A DNA stretch of 63,732 bases, filler included, from Chrysochromulina tobinii (GCA_001275005.1; 5 parts of 5 records of this genome joined end to end with filler, not necessarily neighbours in it), one strand, 5' to 3'. Shown: positions 35,211 through 47,923, counted from the first letter of the whole stretch. Numbers and translations are program-made. The notes: generated by a model not told the origin, from the letters alone.

Positions 35211-36641
35211 ATGCGCCCACAGGGCCCGCAAGCCGCAAGACTTAGGTGCGCGGAGTCCTATCAACCAGAAAGGGGCACGCTTCCCGCAGCGATGCTGCAG
35301 CAGCCTCCCGAGGCGATATACCGCTATCAGCCGCCGGTGGCTGTGCGATGCCACGACTCAATCTCAAAAGACGTGTGGGGACCGCTGGGTTCTGTAGCAG
35401 TACCTGAATACACCTCCAAGCTGCACTACTTCCAGGGTGTGGACGCATACTGCAGGCACTCTCGATTCGCTTCGTGGCCAACCTGCCCGCCGGCAGCCGC
35501 GCCGCTGAGCAAGGAGGACGTCTTCTTTGGTGTGCTCACGACAAGGAGGCTGCTCACGTCACGGGCACGTGTGGCAAGCCGCACGTTGGCGCTCCAGGGT
35601 GCGCGGCACCGGATCTTTGCTGAGTTCCAGATGGCCGACAATGCAACAGGGTACGTCTCGGCGCTGCCCGAGTCGGCCAAGCTCGAGACTCCTGGCTCGC
35701 GCTCACCGTACATTGCCCAGAAGGTGCTTGAGATGCTTGTGGTCATGTACCGGAGCGGGCGCGGTGCGCGCTGGTGGGTGGTGTGCGACGACGACTCGTT
35801 TGTCTTCGTCGAGCGCCTCGTGCGCGTGCTCTCGATGCTCAATGCGAGCGAGCCGCTGCTCGTCGGCGGAGCCCGCGGGAGAGCACCCCTCTGCGGTAAC
35901 GGGCTCTGCCACTATAAGAATTGGACAGAGCAGCACGGCCACCCGCCGATCGTCAAGCACCACGCAGGGGGGCCGGCGTACGTGCTCAGCGACGCGGCCA
36001 TGCGTCGCGTGGTGCACGGCCTCCGGCACCAATTGTGCTTCGATGCTCCCTATGGGGACACGGCAGTCGGTGCGTGCGCTCGGGCAGTGGGGGTGCGACT
36101 GCTGCTGCTACCGGGAGGGTACGTGGTCAACAACGCCAACCGGCAGACACTTGAGTTCGAGAGCTTCAAAGGCCAGCTTGTCACTTACCATCGGCTCTCC
36201 CTGCGGCGCCGGCTTTGCTGGGCACGCTACGGCGAGTGCGATGCACGGTGCGCGTGCCCTTGCGAGTGCGGCTTGCAGCGATGCTCAGTGCCCGTCGATC
36301 CCAAAGTGAGGCAGCGGGTCGAGGCGCAGGGCCCGAAGCTCTGGCAAAACCTCTCGAAGAAGGAGAGGGGGGCGGCGATGCACGCGGCGCTGCACGTGGT
36401 CTGGAACTGCTCGGAGCACTTTGACTGCACGGCGGAGGACAACGAGTGGACGCCGGGCAGCAGCGGGGACGGCGAGCACGCGACGCCGGCGGCGACGTCG
36501 GAGAGCGCGGCAATGCGCACGTCCATGTGCGAGTTTGCACAGCCGCGCAAAGCGGGGACGGCTGCTCTCCTGCCGCATGCTCTGCCGCCGTCGCTAGGCT
36601 CGCCGAGCGAGGAGCAGAGGGTGATCCTCCACGCCAACTAG
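35211..36641 (+). CDS. Fringe-like (GT31) glycosyltransferase
   Basis: FFGVLTT, WWVVCDDDSFV, GGPAYVLS, DTAVGACARAVGV; start uncertain. Confidence 0.75.
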   Translation: MRPQGPQAARLRCAESYQPERGTLPAAMLQQPPEAIYRYQPPVAVRCHDSISKDVWGPLGSVAVPEYTSKLHYFQGVDAYCRHSRFASWPTCPPAAAPLSKEDVFFGVLTTRRLLTSRARVASRTLALQGARHRIFAEFQMADNATGYVSALPESAKLETPGSRSPYIAQKVLEMLVVMYRSGRGARWWVVCDDDSFVFVERLVRVLSMLNASEPLLVGGARGRAPLCGNGLCHYKNWTEQHGHPPIVKHHAGGPAYVLSDAAMRRVVHGLRHQLCFDAPYGDTAVGACARAVGVRLLLLPGGYVVNNANRQTLEFESFKGQLVTYHRLSLRRRLCWARYGECDARCACPCECGLQRCSVPVDPKVRQRVEAQGPKLWQNLSKKERGAAMHAALHVVWNCSEHFDCTAEDNEWTPGSSGDGEHATPAATSESAAMRTSMCEFAQPRKAGTAALLPHALPPSLGSPSEEQRVILHAN

Positions 36642-36867
36642 CTCGCGGCGCTGGCCAAGCCGCTGCACGCCGCGGCAGCTCGTTAAAGTGCGTCCGCCGG
36701 CTAGGTCACTGACGCGGCGACCTGCGTGATATCCTAAAGGAAAAGATGGCGACTTTTCGATATCTGTAACTCCAAGACCAACACTCATGCATGCATTTTG
36801 TCGGTTGTGGCCGAGAGCAACGTAAACGTCTAAAAAGTCTGGAGATTTGAGCGCAGCCTCACGGTTC

Positions 36868-39800
36868 ATGCTTATCGACGACATTTCTGCCTTGCGTCGA
36901 TCGCTCGAGGAAAAAGAGGTTGCCCTCAACACCGTCCTCACCGAGCAGGAGCGTCGCTCGCTCGAGGAAAATGAACTCCACGCCGTTAGCGAGCGGGAGA
37001 GAGCGGCGGAGCTAGCCGCCAAGGTGACCCTTCTTGAGAGGCAATTGGCGCAGCAGACCGAGCAAATCGCGCACCTGCTCAGCGACCAAGTGCAGCAGTC
37101 GCCAATGGTGGCTGTGGCGATGGAGGCGGCGAGTGGGCTGTACTCGCTGTCGCCAGCCAATAGGCTGATCGCCCTGCTGGACCTATCCGAAATTTTGAAC
37201 GATTGCACGCAAGAGGAGGGCACGGCGGTTGGGCGTGCACTGCGAGAGGGCGGTGCAGTGCGGCACCTGGCCATACTTCTCAACGATTTTAACGATGAGC
37301 ACAGTATGCAGGCGATGCTCCTCTGCTTGGCCAATTTGTGCTCCGACTCGCTCGACGCCTCGAGTTCCGAGACAAAGCGCGAGCTCCTGGCCGGTGACGT
37401 CGGCGAAGCTGTCGTTCGTTGCCTGCGCGTGCCGCCTTCGGACGGCTTGGCCGCCAGCTTGGTGCTCACATACGCCGCAGGTTTGTGTCTGAACGTGTCC
37501 AACGACTACCCGTGGTCAATGACGCTCCTTGCACTTGGTGCTCTCCACGATTTCCAAGCCCTGGTCAACAATGAGGACCTCCTAGTGGCGCACTATGCGA
37601 AGGGGACGCTCATCAACCTGCTCGCGCTCTTCCCCACAATTGCTGCGCTCGACGCCAGCTCGCCATCCTCGGGATTGCTGCCCGGAGCGGCGTCGACCGT
37701 ACGACTCTCGGACGCCACAGCAGCCACACTCGAGGAGTCGCACGAGTACCGCTCCTTCACAGCGCAACGGCAGCAGAAGCTCGAACAGCAGCTGGCTCTG
37801 GGGTATGGCACCGGCGTCGAGATCATGCAAGTTGCCGACCCGCTGTCGACAAGGAGACGGGCATCACAGGCAGCGATCCTGACAGCGAACGGCCTCTCCG
37901 CCGTCGCCCCCACCACCGTCACCGCCGCCGCCGCCGCCACCGCCGCCTCTATCGTCCCTGCTACCGTCACCAGACTGCAGCAGGCCGACGACCCATCTGT
38001 CACAGCCGTGGCCCATGCAGCAGACACGGGCCAATCGTCTTCAAAGCTGGTACAGACCGCCTCCCTCGCCACCTCCGCCGTCGCCTCCACCACCGCCTCC
38101 ACCGCCATTGCCGCCCCCCTCGCCGCCGCCTCCGAGCCCACCACCATCACCGCCACCTCCAAGCCCGCCGCCATCGCCACTGCCGTCATCCCCATCGCCG
38201 AGTCCGCCGCCTTCCCCGCCGCCCAGCTCGCCGCCTCGGTCCCCAACTCCGTCCCCGTCCCCGCCGCCGCCATCGCCTCCTCAGTCACTTCCATCGCCCT
38301 CACCACCACCCCCGTCACCGCCGTCCTCACCGCTCCCGCCGCCCTCGCCCCCGCCCTCACCTCCGACACCCAGCCCGCCGCCCTCACCTCCGCCGCCTTC
38401 CCCGCCGCCACCTCCGTCCCCACCGCCCTCGCCACCACCGCCGTCGCCTCTGCCCCCGCCACCACCGCCGTCGCCACCACCGCCCTCGCCACCACCGCCG
38501 TCGCCTCCACCATGGCCACCTCCGCCATTGCCGCCCCCCTCGCCGCCGCCTCCAAGCCCACCACCATCTCCACCACCTCCAAGCCTGCCGCCGTCGCCGC
38601 CGCTGCCATCTCCATCGCCGAGTCCGCTGTAGCCGAGGTAGGAGTGGAGGAGCAGCCAGTCAAGTTGGCCATGGAGGCGGAGGCAGCAAGGCGGGCCGCA
38701 AGCACCGATGCTGCTAAGCACCAAGCCGAGATGGAGCGCAAGAAGGCGGAAGATGAGAAGGCAGCAGCCGAGGCGGCGGCGGCCGAGGCGGCGGCGGCCA
38801 AGGCGGCGGCGGCCGAGGCGGCGGCGGCCGAGAAGGCGGCAGCCGAGAAGGCAGCGGCCGAGAAGGCGGCGGCCGAGAAGGAGGCGGCCGAGAAGGCGGC
38901 GGCCGAGAAGGCGGCGGTCGAAAGGGCCGCGGCCGAGGCGGCGGCGGCCGAGAAGGTAGCAGCCGAGAAGGCGGCGGCCGAGAAGGCGGCGGCCGAGAAG
39001 GCGGCCCTGACGTTGCAGTGCGCGTCGCGCTGCAAAGCGGCGCGTCGCGAAGCGGCAGCATTGAGAGCACATGTCGAAGCGGAGCACAAGAGGGCTGCTG
39101 CCGAGTGCAGGGCGGCCACGCGGATCCAGAAAATGTGTCGAGGCTGCATGGCTCGGTTCTACTATGAAGAAAGACGCGCCCTTCAGCAGGCCATGAACAA
39201 GGCTCACGCTGCGGCGGCCGAGGCACGGAAGAACAAAGTCGCGCAAGAGATGCAAATGCTGGCTAGGAACCAGGCAGCAGCGGAGGGAAGGGCCGCCACG
39301 AAGTTGCAGGCGCATCATCGCGGCAAGGCCGATCGTGCCCGAGTCGACGCGATGCGCCTGCAGGCGGCGGAAGAGGCAGCCGCAAAGCATAAGGCGTCTA
39401 CTACGCTGCAGGCCAACCAGAGGGGCAAGGTCGATCGCAAAATGCTCGCTGAGGAGCGCGTTGCAGCTGAGCACGCGTTGACTGATGCACTTCACTCGAT
39501 TGCGGAGACCGTGGCTGAGCAGTGTGCTGCGGAGGAGGCTGCCAAGATTGCCGCAGAGAAGAAGGCACAGGCGAGGAAGAGGCTCAAGCAAATCCATGCG
39601 GGTGCTTTGTTCGGTGTCAAGGGCATGCAAGTCGGCAGGCAGGCTGCCGAAGTGCGTCGGCGAGAAGAAGAGGTTGTCAACTTGAGCGTAGATACCATCG
39701 CATCGCTGCTGGACTCGTGTATTGCTGACAAGGCTGAGGACGACCGACGCGAGGCAGCTCGACAGAAGCGAGAAGCCGAAGTTGTGGCGTTCGGGAGGGC

Positions 39801-41886
39801 CCGGGCGATGTTCCTCGTTGCGCAGATGCTCAAGGAGCGCGAGGACGAAATAAAGCAGTATGCGTTGGAGACCATGAAGAAGCTGCTTAAAAGGACATTT
39901 CTGGACAAGGATAAGGAGGATAAGCGCGAGGCCGAAATCGTCACCTATTCAGACGCCACGTCGAGGGTCTTGCTAGCCGTGTGCTTTCTGTACAAGGCAC
40001 GGGAAGACGCAATGTATGCGGAGGCTCGGCAAGTGAACTACGAGTCGACGGAGATCTTGGCTGCCGCTTTCACATCCATGGAAGAGCAAGTGACGCAGAT
40101 GGCCGTGGAGGAGCACGAAGCTCGGCTGTCAGAGGCTATTCAGTCGATTGCGATGGATCTCCACCTGAGCCAGATTTACGAGGGGGCTGACAGCGTTGCG
40201 TACGAGGTTGCCTTGGAGGTGGCTGAGAAGCAAGAAGCTGAGGCTTTCTCAGCGCTGACCAAAGCTTCGTTGGTCTCGCACATGTCCATGCTGAGCAACC
40301 GCACGTCCATCGAGACCGCTAAACGGCTCGAGGCTGAGCTCACTGAGGAGCTTCGTCGCGAGGAGGAAGCTGTGATGGCAGCGGCACAGGCGGCAGTGCG
40401 TCAGAAGATGGGCAACCTCATGGCCAAGACTGCAGAGGAAGAGGACGAGGAGATCGCTCGCCAAATGCAACAGGAGGCGGCCCGCAAAGCAGAGGAGGCA
40501 AGTCGCCCCAAACCATCTGTGTGGGATGGGGTGCCACCGCTTGGCGGGCGCGCAGATTGGTCTGGGCTGTCGCCACGTGCCCTCCGGGAGGTGCTGCGGC
40601 ATGGCAGCGGCATCCACGGCGCAGCTCGAGAGCGGCTTGTCAACCAATGCTCGGCTGGCATGGCAAGTATTGCGAAAGCGTCCTCTACCCGTCCTACCAG
40701 CACACCGCCTCACAGCGCGAGGATCTCTGACGCTCCAGCCCGGCAGTTCTTTCTTCCTTCCGTCACTGCTACGCCCATGCAACGGTGGCACACAGAGGAT
40801 ATGGATGGCGATGGCTTCGGTCGCCGGCGTGCATTTTCCCCGCCCCCGTCTGCAGTCGCCGCCACCTACTTGCCTGCACAGATGCCCGCCACATCCTTGA
40901 TAGATCGCGAGTGGCGACCGCGGCCATTAGCTCCTCGCCCCCCGTCGTCAGCACGCCGGGGAGCAGGGCAGCTCGCACCGTCTCCTCGAGCGTCGCAGGT
41001 TATGCCTGCACTGGCAGCTCTGCTTGCCCCGGGCCTCACTCCGAGTACACGGCCCTCAACACGGCCCGCTACGGCATACGCGTCCGCTCGTTCATGGGAC
41101 GAGGGGCAGCTTGCCAAGCACGAGCTCAGAATGCAGCTCGGACTGGACGCAAGGGCTGCAGAGCAGCAGGCGTTTGGAGGGCCGCGTAGTTGGCAAGCAG
41201 ATGCAGATGTTCCGATGAATCGCGGCCCGCAGTGGGCGCGCAGAGACGTGGAGGCAGCACTTCAGCAACTGGAACTTGAAGAGAGCAGCAAGCGTCCACC
41301 TCGACTGAGATCCACACGGCGGCGCGGGCGACGAGTGCCCTGGGCCCAAGCTGGCCTACACGTAGCTACACTCAACGGCGGAGGTGAGTCGCTTCTGCAA
41401 GGTGCTCGTGCAGAGGATACCACGACGACAAGAGATAGCGACGGAGGGCACATTGAGCTTGACGCGCTGGATCAGGCCGACCAGCCGTTGATCCATCACA
41501 GGTGCTCCTTGAAGCCAGAGACCTCAGAGCAGGCAGCCTGGGCCGACGAGCGGTGCGAAATCCCACACTCTCCATCCCTTGTCAGCGGCAAAGAGCTGGA
41601 GGCGACCGAAGCAGCCTTTACCCGGCATCTTCTTCGGGCGCATGCGATGAGACCTCGAACTGCACTCAGTTCGAGGATGCGTCAACAGGGCGATGGGGGT
41701 CTGGCGGACTTGTCAAATGTGGCAGAGCTCCCGCTCACTAGGCGTCCGCAACTACGCCAATCGGTTGGTCAGACACCTGTCATGGCTCCTCTCATGCCCC
41801 CGGGCTTGCACGCAGACGTTGCCGATCTGATCCTGCTGGCAAGCAAGGTACGGACACGCGCAGCGAGTGCGCGGCGAGACGGCTAA
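36868..41886 (+). CDS. Large protein with ARM-like N-terminus, Ala/Thr-rich tract, AAAEK repeats, IQ-like motifs and coiled coil
   Basis: 1679-aa [36 protein letters not shown]; (AAAEK)n at ~38760-39005. Confidence 0.7.
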   Translation: MLIDDISALRRSLEEKEVALNTVLTEQERRSLEENELHAVSERERAAELAAKVTLLERQLAQQTEQIAHLLSDQVQQSPMVAVAMEAASGLYSLSPANRLIALLDLSEILNDCTQEEGTAVGRALREGGAVRHLAILLNDFNDEHSMQAMLLCLANLCSDSLDASSSETKRELLAGDVGEAVVRCLRVPPSDGLAASLVLTYAAGLCLNVSNDYPWSMTLLALGALHDFQALVNNEDLLVAHYAKGTLINLLALFPTIAALDASSPSSGLLPGAASTVRLSDATAATLEESHEYRSFTAQRQQKLEQQLALGYGTGVEIMQVADPLSTRRRASQAAILTANGLSAVAPTTVTAAAAATAASIVPATVTRLQQADDPSVTAVAHAADTGQSSSKLVQTASLATSAVASTTASTAIAAPLAAASEPTTITATSKPAAIATAVIPIAESAAFPAAQLAASVPNSVPVPAAAIASSVTSIALTTTPVTAVLTAPAALAPALTSDTQPAALTSAAFPAATSVPTALATTAVASAPATTAVATTALATTAVASTMATSAIAAPLAAASKPTTISTTSKPAAVAAAAISIAESAVAEVGVEEQPVKLAMEAEAARRAASTDAAKHQAEMERKKAEDEKAAAEAAAAEAAAAKAAAAEAAAAEKAAAEKAAAEKAAAEKEAAEKAAAEKAAVERAAAEAAAAEKVAAEKAAAEKAAAEKAALTLQCASRCKAARREAAALRAHVEAEHKRAAAECRAATRIQKMCRGCMARFYYEERRALQQAMNKAHAAAAEARKNKVAQEMQMLARNQAAAEGRAATKLQAHHRGKADRARVDAMRLQAAEEAAAKHKASTTLQANQRGKVDRKMLAEERVAAEHALTDALHSIAETVAEQCAAEEAAKIAAEKKAQARKRLKQIHAGALFGVKGMQVGRQAAEVRRREEEVVNLSVDTIASLLDSCIADKAEDDRREAARQKREAEVVAFGRARAMFLVAQMLKEREDEIKQYALETMKKLLKRTFLDKDKEDKREAEIVTYSDATSRVLLAVCFLYKAREDAMYAEARQVNYESTEILAAAFTSMEEQVTQMAVEEHEARLSEAIQSIAMDLHLSQIYEGADSVAYEVALEVAEKQEAEAFSALTKASLVSHMSMLSNRTSIETAKRLEAELTEELRREEEAVMAAAQAAVRQKMGNLMAKTAEEEDEEIARQMQQEAARKAEEASRPKPSVWDGVPPLGGRADWSGLSPRALREVLRHGSGIHGAARERLVNQCSAGMASIAKASSTRPTSTPPHSARISDAPARQFFLPSVTATPMQRWHTEDMDGDGFGRRRAFSPPPSAVAATYLPAQMPATSLIDREWRPRPLAPRPPSSARRGAGQLAPSPRASQVMPALAALLAPGLTPSTRPSTRPATAYASARSWDEGQLAKHELRMQLGLDARAAEQQAFGGPRSWQADADVPMNRGPQWARRDVEAALQQLELEESSKRPPRLRSTRRRGRRVPWAQAGLHVATLNGGGESLLQGARAEDTTTTRDSDGGHIELDALDQADQPLIHHRCSLKPETSEQAAWADERCEIPHSPSLVSGKELEATEAAFTRHLLRAHAMRPRTALSSRMRQQGDGGLADLSNVAELPLTRRPQLRQSVGQTPVMAPLMPPGLHADVADLILLASKVRTRAASARRDG

Positions 41887-42432
41887 GGCGGTAATCGCTT
41901 GCGGCCACACGAGCAAATAGCATGTGATTGTGAACACTGGAAGAGGGCCGACGGACATGTACAAAAACTGACCTGTAGTTTCAGAAAATTCTACTGCGAT
42001 GCGTGAGGGCTAAAATGAATCTCCACATGGTAGCGGTGGCTTGCGCTTCCAGCAGCACCAGCAGCACTCGGACCGCTCGGTGACGGTGTTGATATATGTC
42101 GCCCACGTCCGGTCACAGCTCACACGTGGTCGCACAGCCTCGACAGTCACACGCGGACGCCCGCGCCCGCGCCGCGCGAGATCCACCATCGCATGGCGCA
42201 TGCGCCGCGATGCAGCATAAGTCGCCGAAGTCGGTAGACTGCAGTGGTGTAGCCATTATAGCGTAGTGAGGCTACATGTACGCTACGTCGCGGACGGCGG
42301 CGAGGGCGGCGGTCAGGCGGCGGCGAGGGCGGCGGCGAGGGCGGCGGCGAGGGCGGCGGCGAGGGCGGCGGCACACAAGCACCACCAGAACCACCTTCGC
42401 CACCGCCTGCACCACCTTCGCCACCGCCACCG

Positions 42433-43461
42433 TCACCCGGAGTTCTTGCCACCCGCGTACGGAGCTAGCCTGTTGGGGACGTGTTGGTTCATACAGCACT
42501 GTCGCGCACTCTTACAACAGTCGCCTCCAGCCGAGCAGCACGGATAGGCGTGCTCAAAGATGGACGTTGCGTTCACTGGAATGAGTCGCCCTGACTTGAG
42601 ATGGGCCTCCAAAGTGGGCGAGGATGACCATGAGGATGGCCAGCGTCTCCTCGCATGGCCGTGATATTCTGGAGCCTCGATAGCAATCGAGCCCGTCTCG
42701 TTATTTGGACCAGGGCCGCGCAAATGCTGCACGTACAGCGGTAGGTTCAGTAGGTTGCGTACATCCAGCGGAATGCCTGCCTCTTCCTCGACAAGGAGCG
42801 TTTGGTAGCCTAGGCTGGCAATGAATTGCAGCAACCTGGTCGTATAAGCAGGACTCTTGTGCACCGCACACTCGACCGAAAACACGGGCAAATCACGCTT
42901 CAACGTGCGTACAGCTCCGCGCAAGACGTCGAGCTCATTGCCCTCAGTGTCCCAGTGGGCGAAACCAAGGCGTTCACCTGTCCAATTGGTTGCAAATAGC
43001 TCATCAACTGTCCAGACGTCAAACTCCTGGCCGGAGGTATTCAGTTTCACAATGTTCATTACGCCCACCGAGTCGCGCTTTGCGCCCAAAGGGCTCGCAC
43101 CCAGATCAAGTGAAGCAATTGAAATCTGTTGGCCGGCTCGACGCATTTTCGATGGAGGTACATGGAAAGTGCTTCGCTCAGCACCAAGGCCACCGAGCAG
43201 CGGCTGGACGTTCTGCAGCCGCTGTTGGGCGCTTGTGCGTCTGACCGAGTCGATGTTGCGCTGTAGTGGATCCATGGCGTGCACTGTACGATTGGGTGAT
43301 GCCGCAGCGTAGAGGCAGGTCTCTACTCCAGTGTTGGCTCCTGCGTCGATGATGCTGCCGGAAGGCATACTCCCCTCTGCGAACAAGCCGAGCACGATTT
43401 CGTTGAAGAGTGGCTCGGCGCAGGCCGCGGCGACGAGCAAGATGTGATGCCCTTGTCGCAT
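42433..43461 (-). CDS. FkbM family methyltransferase
   Basis: IIDAGANTG, VHAMDP, HWDTEGNELDVLRGA. Confidence 0.8.
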   Translation of the reverse strand: MRQGHHILLVAAACAEPLFNEIVLGLFAEGSMPSGSIIDAGANTGVETCLYAAASPNRTVHAMDPLQRNIDSVRRTSAQQRLQNVQPLLGGLGAERSTFHVPPSKMRRAGQQISIASLDLGASPLGAKRDSVGVMNIVKLNTSGQEFDVWTVDELFATNWTGERLGFAHWDTEGNELDVLRGAVRTLKRDLPVFSVECAVHKSPAYTTRLLQFIASLGYQTLLVEEEAGIPLDVRNLLNLPLYVQHLRGPGPNNETGSIAIEAPEYHGHARRRWPSSWSSSPTLEAHLKSGRLIPVNATSIFEHAYPCCSAGGDCCKSARQCCMNQHVPNRLAPYAGGKNSG

Positions 43462-43759
43462 GAGGAATTCTTTGCTTACCGGTAAAAAGACACCCGGGGG
43501 GAGCTTACCGGTAAAGACTCCAAAAGCGGCGAGTCATATTATTGCTCGCCAAATGCCATCGTGAGTGAGTGAGTGATTGGGTGACCAAAAGGTTTCTCGA
43601 CCTGTACTACGGTGTGTTTGTGTCTCAATGACTCACTCACTCACTCTCCCTCAGCTACCCGGACATCGGCGGGAGCAGCGAACCCCACATTACTCTCCCC
43701 GGTCCCGCCTCCCCCCGTCCCCCCCCCAAAAGCGGAGCTGATCACAAAGGTGGGTTGCG

Positions 43760-46518
43760 ATGGGTGACTCGATGGCGGGGAACGCCGCGCTTCGGTCGAA
43801 ATTGGCACCGCTCGAGCCGCTTCTAACGCCGCTCGAGACCGAAACCGAGACCACCGTCGACGAGGTTCGAGCCATCAGCAGCCGAAACTCGGAGGCCTCG
43901 CTCGCGTCTTCTTCACAACAGGATCCGGCACACGCTGAAGCATCCGCTCTTCTGGAGCCCCTTCCGATTGAAAACACTGCGATGACGGCGAGCGCTTCGG
44001 GCGTCAAACGGCCGTCCCCGCAAAATAGCACGGACGTCTTCAAGGTGCCCACGAGCCCGAGCAAGCGGCAGGCAAGTGCCCTGAACCTGCGCCCACCTCT
44101 GCTTGTTGTCGACACGAGCATCATCGAGGAGGCCAACTCGCCGCCGTTGCCGCGCACGCCCGCGAACGTGCGCATGAATAACCCAACCGAGCTGCATAAT
44201 GCCGTGTGCATGGGCCAGGTCGCTCAGGCGCGCGCGCTGCTCGAGGAGGGACACGCCATCGACCCGATCGAAGAGCATGGCTTCACTCCGCTGCACAAGG
44301 CGTCGGCGCTTGACAAGGAGGACAAGCGGCTGGCGCTCGTCGAGCTGCTGCTCGAGCACGGCGCGGACGTGCTGCGCGGCGACAAGGAGGGCTACACGCC
44401 GCTGCACTGGGCCGCCGCGCTCGGCCATTCGAATGTACTCGTGCCGATGCTCCGGATGGGGGCGGCGGTGACGCAGCGCTCGTTCGAGGGTGAGACAGCG
44501 CTGCATCGGGCGGCGCGATTCGGGCGTCTCGAGTGTGCGAAGCTGCTCGTGGGCGAGCATGGCGATCCCAAGGCCGTCCTTGAGCGCAATAGGGACTTCC
44601 TCACGCCGCTCGACGTGGCGGGCATGCCGCTGAAGCGAGTCAACCGGCAGCACCGCATGCAGCTCCGGCGGGCGCTGCTCGAAGCGGTACCGAGCGCGCG
44701 GACGCTCGTGCTGCACCACCCCGACTGCATGCTGCACGAGACGGGCGACCTGCACCAGGAGCATCCGCTGCGCCTCGAAGCCATCCTCACTTACGTGCAT
44801 GCCTCGCAGCCCCACCCACCAGTGCCGCCCACCGCCGCCGCCGCTGCCGTCAGCGCCGCCGCCGCCGCGGCCGTCAGCGCTGGCGCCTCCGCGAGCAGCT
44901 TTGGGCGACTAGGGCGCGAGGAGGCGGCGGCGGCGGCGGCGGTCAGGGAGGCGGCCGCCGCGGCGATAGGAATCGGCGCCGTCCCGGGCAGCTCGCCGGG
45001 CGCCCTCCCGAGCACGCTGGCCGAGGGCGGTGTGTCGCGCCGGCCGAGTGCTCGGGAAGGCGCCCGAGAGGGTGCTCGGCACTCGCCGTCCCAGGCAGCC
45101 ACGGCAACGGCGAGCGACGCGGCAGCGGGCGCAGGCGGCGCAGGCGGCGGGCACGGCGGGGGCGGCGCGGGCGCGGGCGGCAGCCACCACACGCGCGCCG
45201 GCACACCCGTTACTTGGGAGCTGCCGCCTTTTGAGGTGACGGAGCTGTGCAATTTCGAGCCCGCGACCCACGAGGCTTTGCAGCGCGTGCACGAGCCCGC
45301 GTACATTCAGATGGTGCAGTCCGCGGCGCTGCTCATGCAAAAGAATGCGGCCAACGGCCATCCGCCGCCCTCGCCCATGCCCCTCACACCCATGGTGCAG
45401 CTCGCACGCGGAGCCAAATTCGAGGCCCTCAAGGACCCGCGCACGTGCGACACGCGCCTCTCGGCTGGCTCGTATGCAGCGGCGCGGCGCGCGGCGGGCG
45501 CCGTGTGCCGCGCCATCGACGAGGTGATGCGCGGCAACTGCCGCAACGCGCTGTGCGTCGTACGCCCGCCCGGGCACCACGCGGGCGTCCAAGGGCTCAT
45601 CCCAGGCTCCACCTCGTGTGGCTTCTGCGTCTTCAACTCGGTCATGGTGGGGGCGGCCCACGCGCTCCAGGGCCCGCTGCGCGTACCGCGCGTCGCGATC
45701 GTCGATTTCGACGTGCACCACGGCGACGGCTCCGAAGAGATCGTGCGCGCGCTGCACCGGGCACACTCACTGCCGCCCAACGCCCTCTTCTTCTGCTCCA
45801 TTCATCTCTACGACCCAGGCGACGCCTCGTTTGGCGCCTTCTACCCGGGCTCCGGCGCGGCCGACGACCTCAGCGCCAACGTGCTCAATGTGCCCGTCGC
45901 ACCGCTGTGGCGCAAGAGCGCCATCGGCAAGGGGGGCGGCGGGCGGCCCTCAGTTATCCTCGGAGGCTCTGCGCCAGGGGCGTCGCCCAAGTGCGCCTGT
46001 TGGGGCTGTGGGCGCGCCGAGTGGCGCTCGGCCTTTTCGCAGGTGAGCTGAGTGCCTCTGAGGACCGCTCTGATGATCTCTCTGATGACCTCGGAATTGC
46101 GACTCATGCCTCGCTCTGACGATCACTGATGACCTCGGAATTGCGACTCATGCCTCGCGCTCGGCCGTCTCCGCAGCGCGTGCTTCCCGCCTTGCGCGCC
46201 TTCGGACCCGACCTATTGCTGCTCTCGTCCGGATTCGACGGCGGGCTTGGCGACATCGGGAACTCGAAGCTCGACGACAAGGAGAAGTACCACCAGGGAC
46301 TCGACTTGAGCGCGGCGGACTTTGAATGGGCCACCGAGCAGCTCGTGAGCGTGGCCGCCATCTGTTGCCCAGGCAAGGTCGTCTCCGTCCTCGAGGGTGG
46401 GTACGGCAACTACGAGGCGACACGCGACACGGAGAGTGGCTACACTGTCTCGAGAGCCGGCCTGGCGGAGAATGTCGGCGCACACCTCTCGGCGCTCGCC
46501 GGCGTCAATCCCCGGTAA
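43760..46518 (+). CDS. Ankyrin-repeat plus class II-like histone deacetylase; intron 46043-46176
   Basis: TPLH ankyrin repeats followed by HQEHPLRL, RPPGHHA, GFCVFN, DFDVHHGDG, SGFDG, LEGGY. Confidence 0.9.
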
Positions 46519-47182
46519 TGGGGGGCTACCGTGACGAGAGGGAGGGCGGCGGTGGATTCTCGAGACGACCTTTCCAGAGCACACATGCCGAGCGTGCGCA
46601 ATCATCCCCCATATTCATTGTCACTCGTGCGTACAGCCGTTGTGAAGCCCAGAGTGCACAGACCACAGTTCTATCTGAGTCACCGCAGAGACTCGTCAGA
46701 CGAGAGTGAAGGCCCTGTTTTCGCTTTCAAAATAGCATTCCAATATTTTTTGAGGTCCCACGGCGCATCCATGTCGAAAAGGTCAAGTACACGGAGTCTA
46801 CGCCCCGATGGGTTTTACTCAAGAATCAAGGGCCCCTTGCAAGAATTCACTTCAAGCACTTCTTCGTTCCTTCATAGACCCGGGATCTTCGGACACGTGC
46901 GATGTGCAACCCATTCACGCATTCTCACTTCTTCCCACGGTTGCCACAGCCTCTCCTATCGCCAGGAGCTGATCGGCTTGGACAGCTTCCGCTCCTCTCG
47001 CAATCACCTCACCAGCAGCCTTGTTTGGTTGGTTGTTGCCTTCTTAGGGGGGTTCGAGTTCAATGCGAACCATGACTCGGGTTCGAACCCCTCCGCAATT
47101 CGCCACGCCTCCCATGTCTTGGCGTATCCATACACCGCAACTAGGCCATTTTCTATCAGAATGCCCGCAAATAATCAGACAT

Positions 47183-47923
47183 TCAAGAGGATTCCTCCAC
47201 GCCCACGCGTGGATCGGGCTCGTCGTGCGCGGTGCGGACCTTGCGCACTTCCCACACCATCCGCTTTCTGACCTCATATGGCGAACGATCGAAGTCCAGG
47301 GCTTTTTCTTTCCCCTCAGGTGGCACGTTGCTCATCAGCTGCGCCCACTCACTCTCCACCTGCTGGTCAGATGGATTCCACGCGTCATACTGAGATTGCT
47401 CCTCAGGGGTCATCAGAGGAGCTCCTAAGAGGACCTCAGAGCTCACCGAACCCTCGTCCGCTTTCTCATTCGAGGAGGCACCGGCTTGGAAGCCTGGGGG
47501 AATGGTGCTTTGCTCGTAGCCCGTGGCAAGATGCTCGAAGACGATCGTGCCCGCCGCGCTCACGCGCGCCGCCCACCCGTCGGGCAGGCCGTTGACTAAC
47601 ACTGGCATTGGCCGCGAGCGCTTGGAAACCCCAGAATCCGCGAGCGCTTGGACAACTTCGCCGCCAGCAGTTTGCTGCATAAGCAGCTCGACCGCTTCAC
47701 TGGGATTCCAGTTACTAGCCTCAAGATAGAACGTCGCGATTTCTGGCTCCACATGCAGCACATCGACCAAAACAGCAACAAGAGTGTCGTGGTCGTCGTG
47801 CGTTGTTGCGCCCAGCTTGACGACGAGGCTATCTAGAGCAGAGTCGAGGTCTGAAGGGGTATCGTGCGCGCGCCCACGCTTAGCGGTAGGAGCAGAGTCG
47901 GAAGGTGCGCCGCCCATGTCCAT
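47183..47923 (-). CDS. Hypothetical protein with UBA-like and WW-like segments
   Basis: IATFYLEASNWNPSEAV (UBA-like), LPDGWAARVSAAGTIVFEHLATGYEQSTIP (WW-like). Confidence 0.5.
   Translation of the reverse strand: MDMGGAPSDSAPTAKRGRAHDTPSDLDSALDSLVVKLGATTHDDHDTLVAVLVDVLHVEPEIATFYLEASNWNPSEAVELLMQQTAGGEVVQALADSGVSKRSRPMPVLVNGLPDGWAARVSAAGTIVFEHLATGYEQSTIPPGFQAGASSNEKADEGSVSSEVLLGAPLMTPEEQSQYDAWNPSDQQVESEWAQLMSNVPPEGKEKALDFDRSPYEVRKRMVWEVRKVRTAHDEPDPRVGVEESS

Noticed and set aside
46531..47271. 246-aa + strand ORF downstream of the HDAC
   Set aside because: No recognisable motifs, non-ATG start and atypical composition; probably non-coding.
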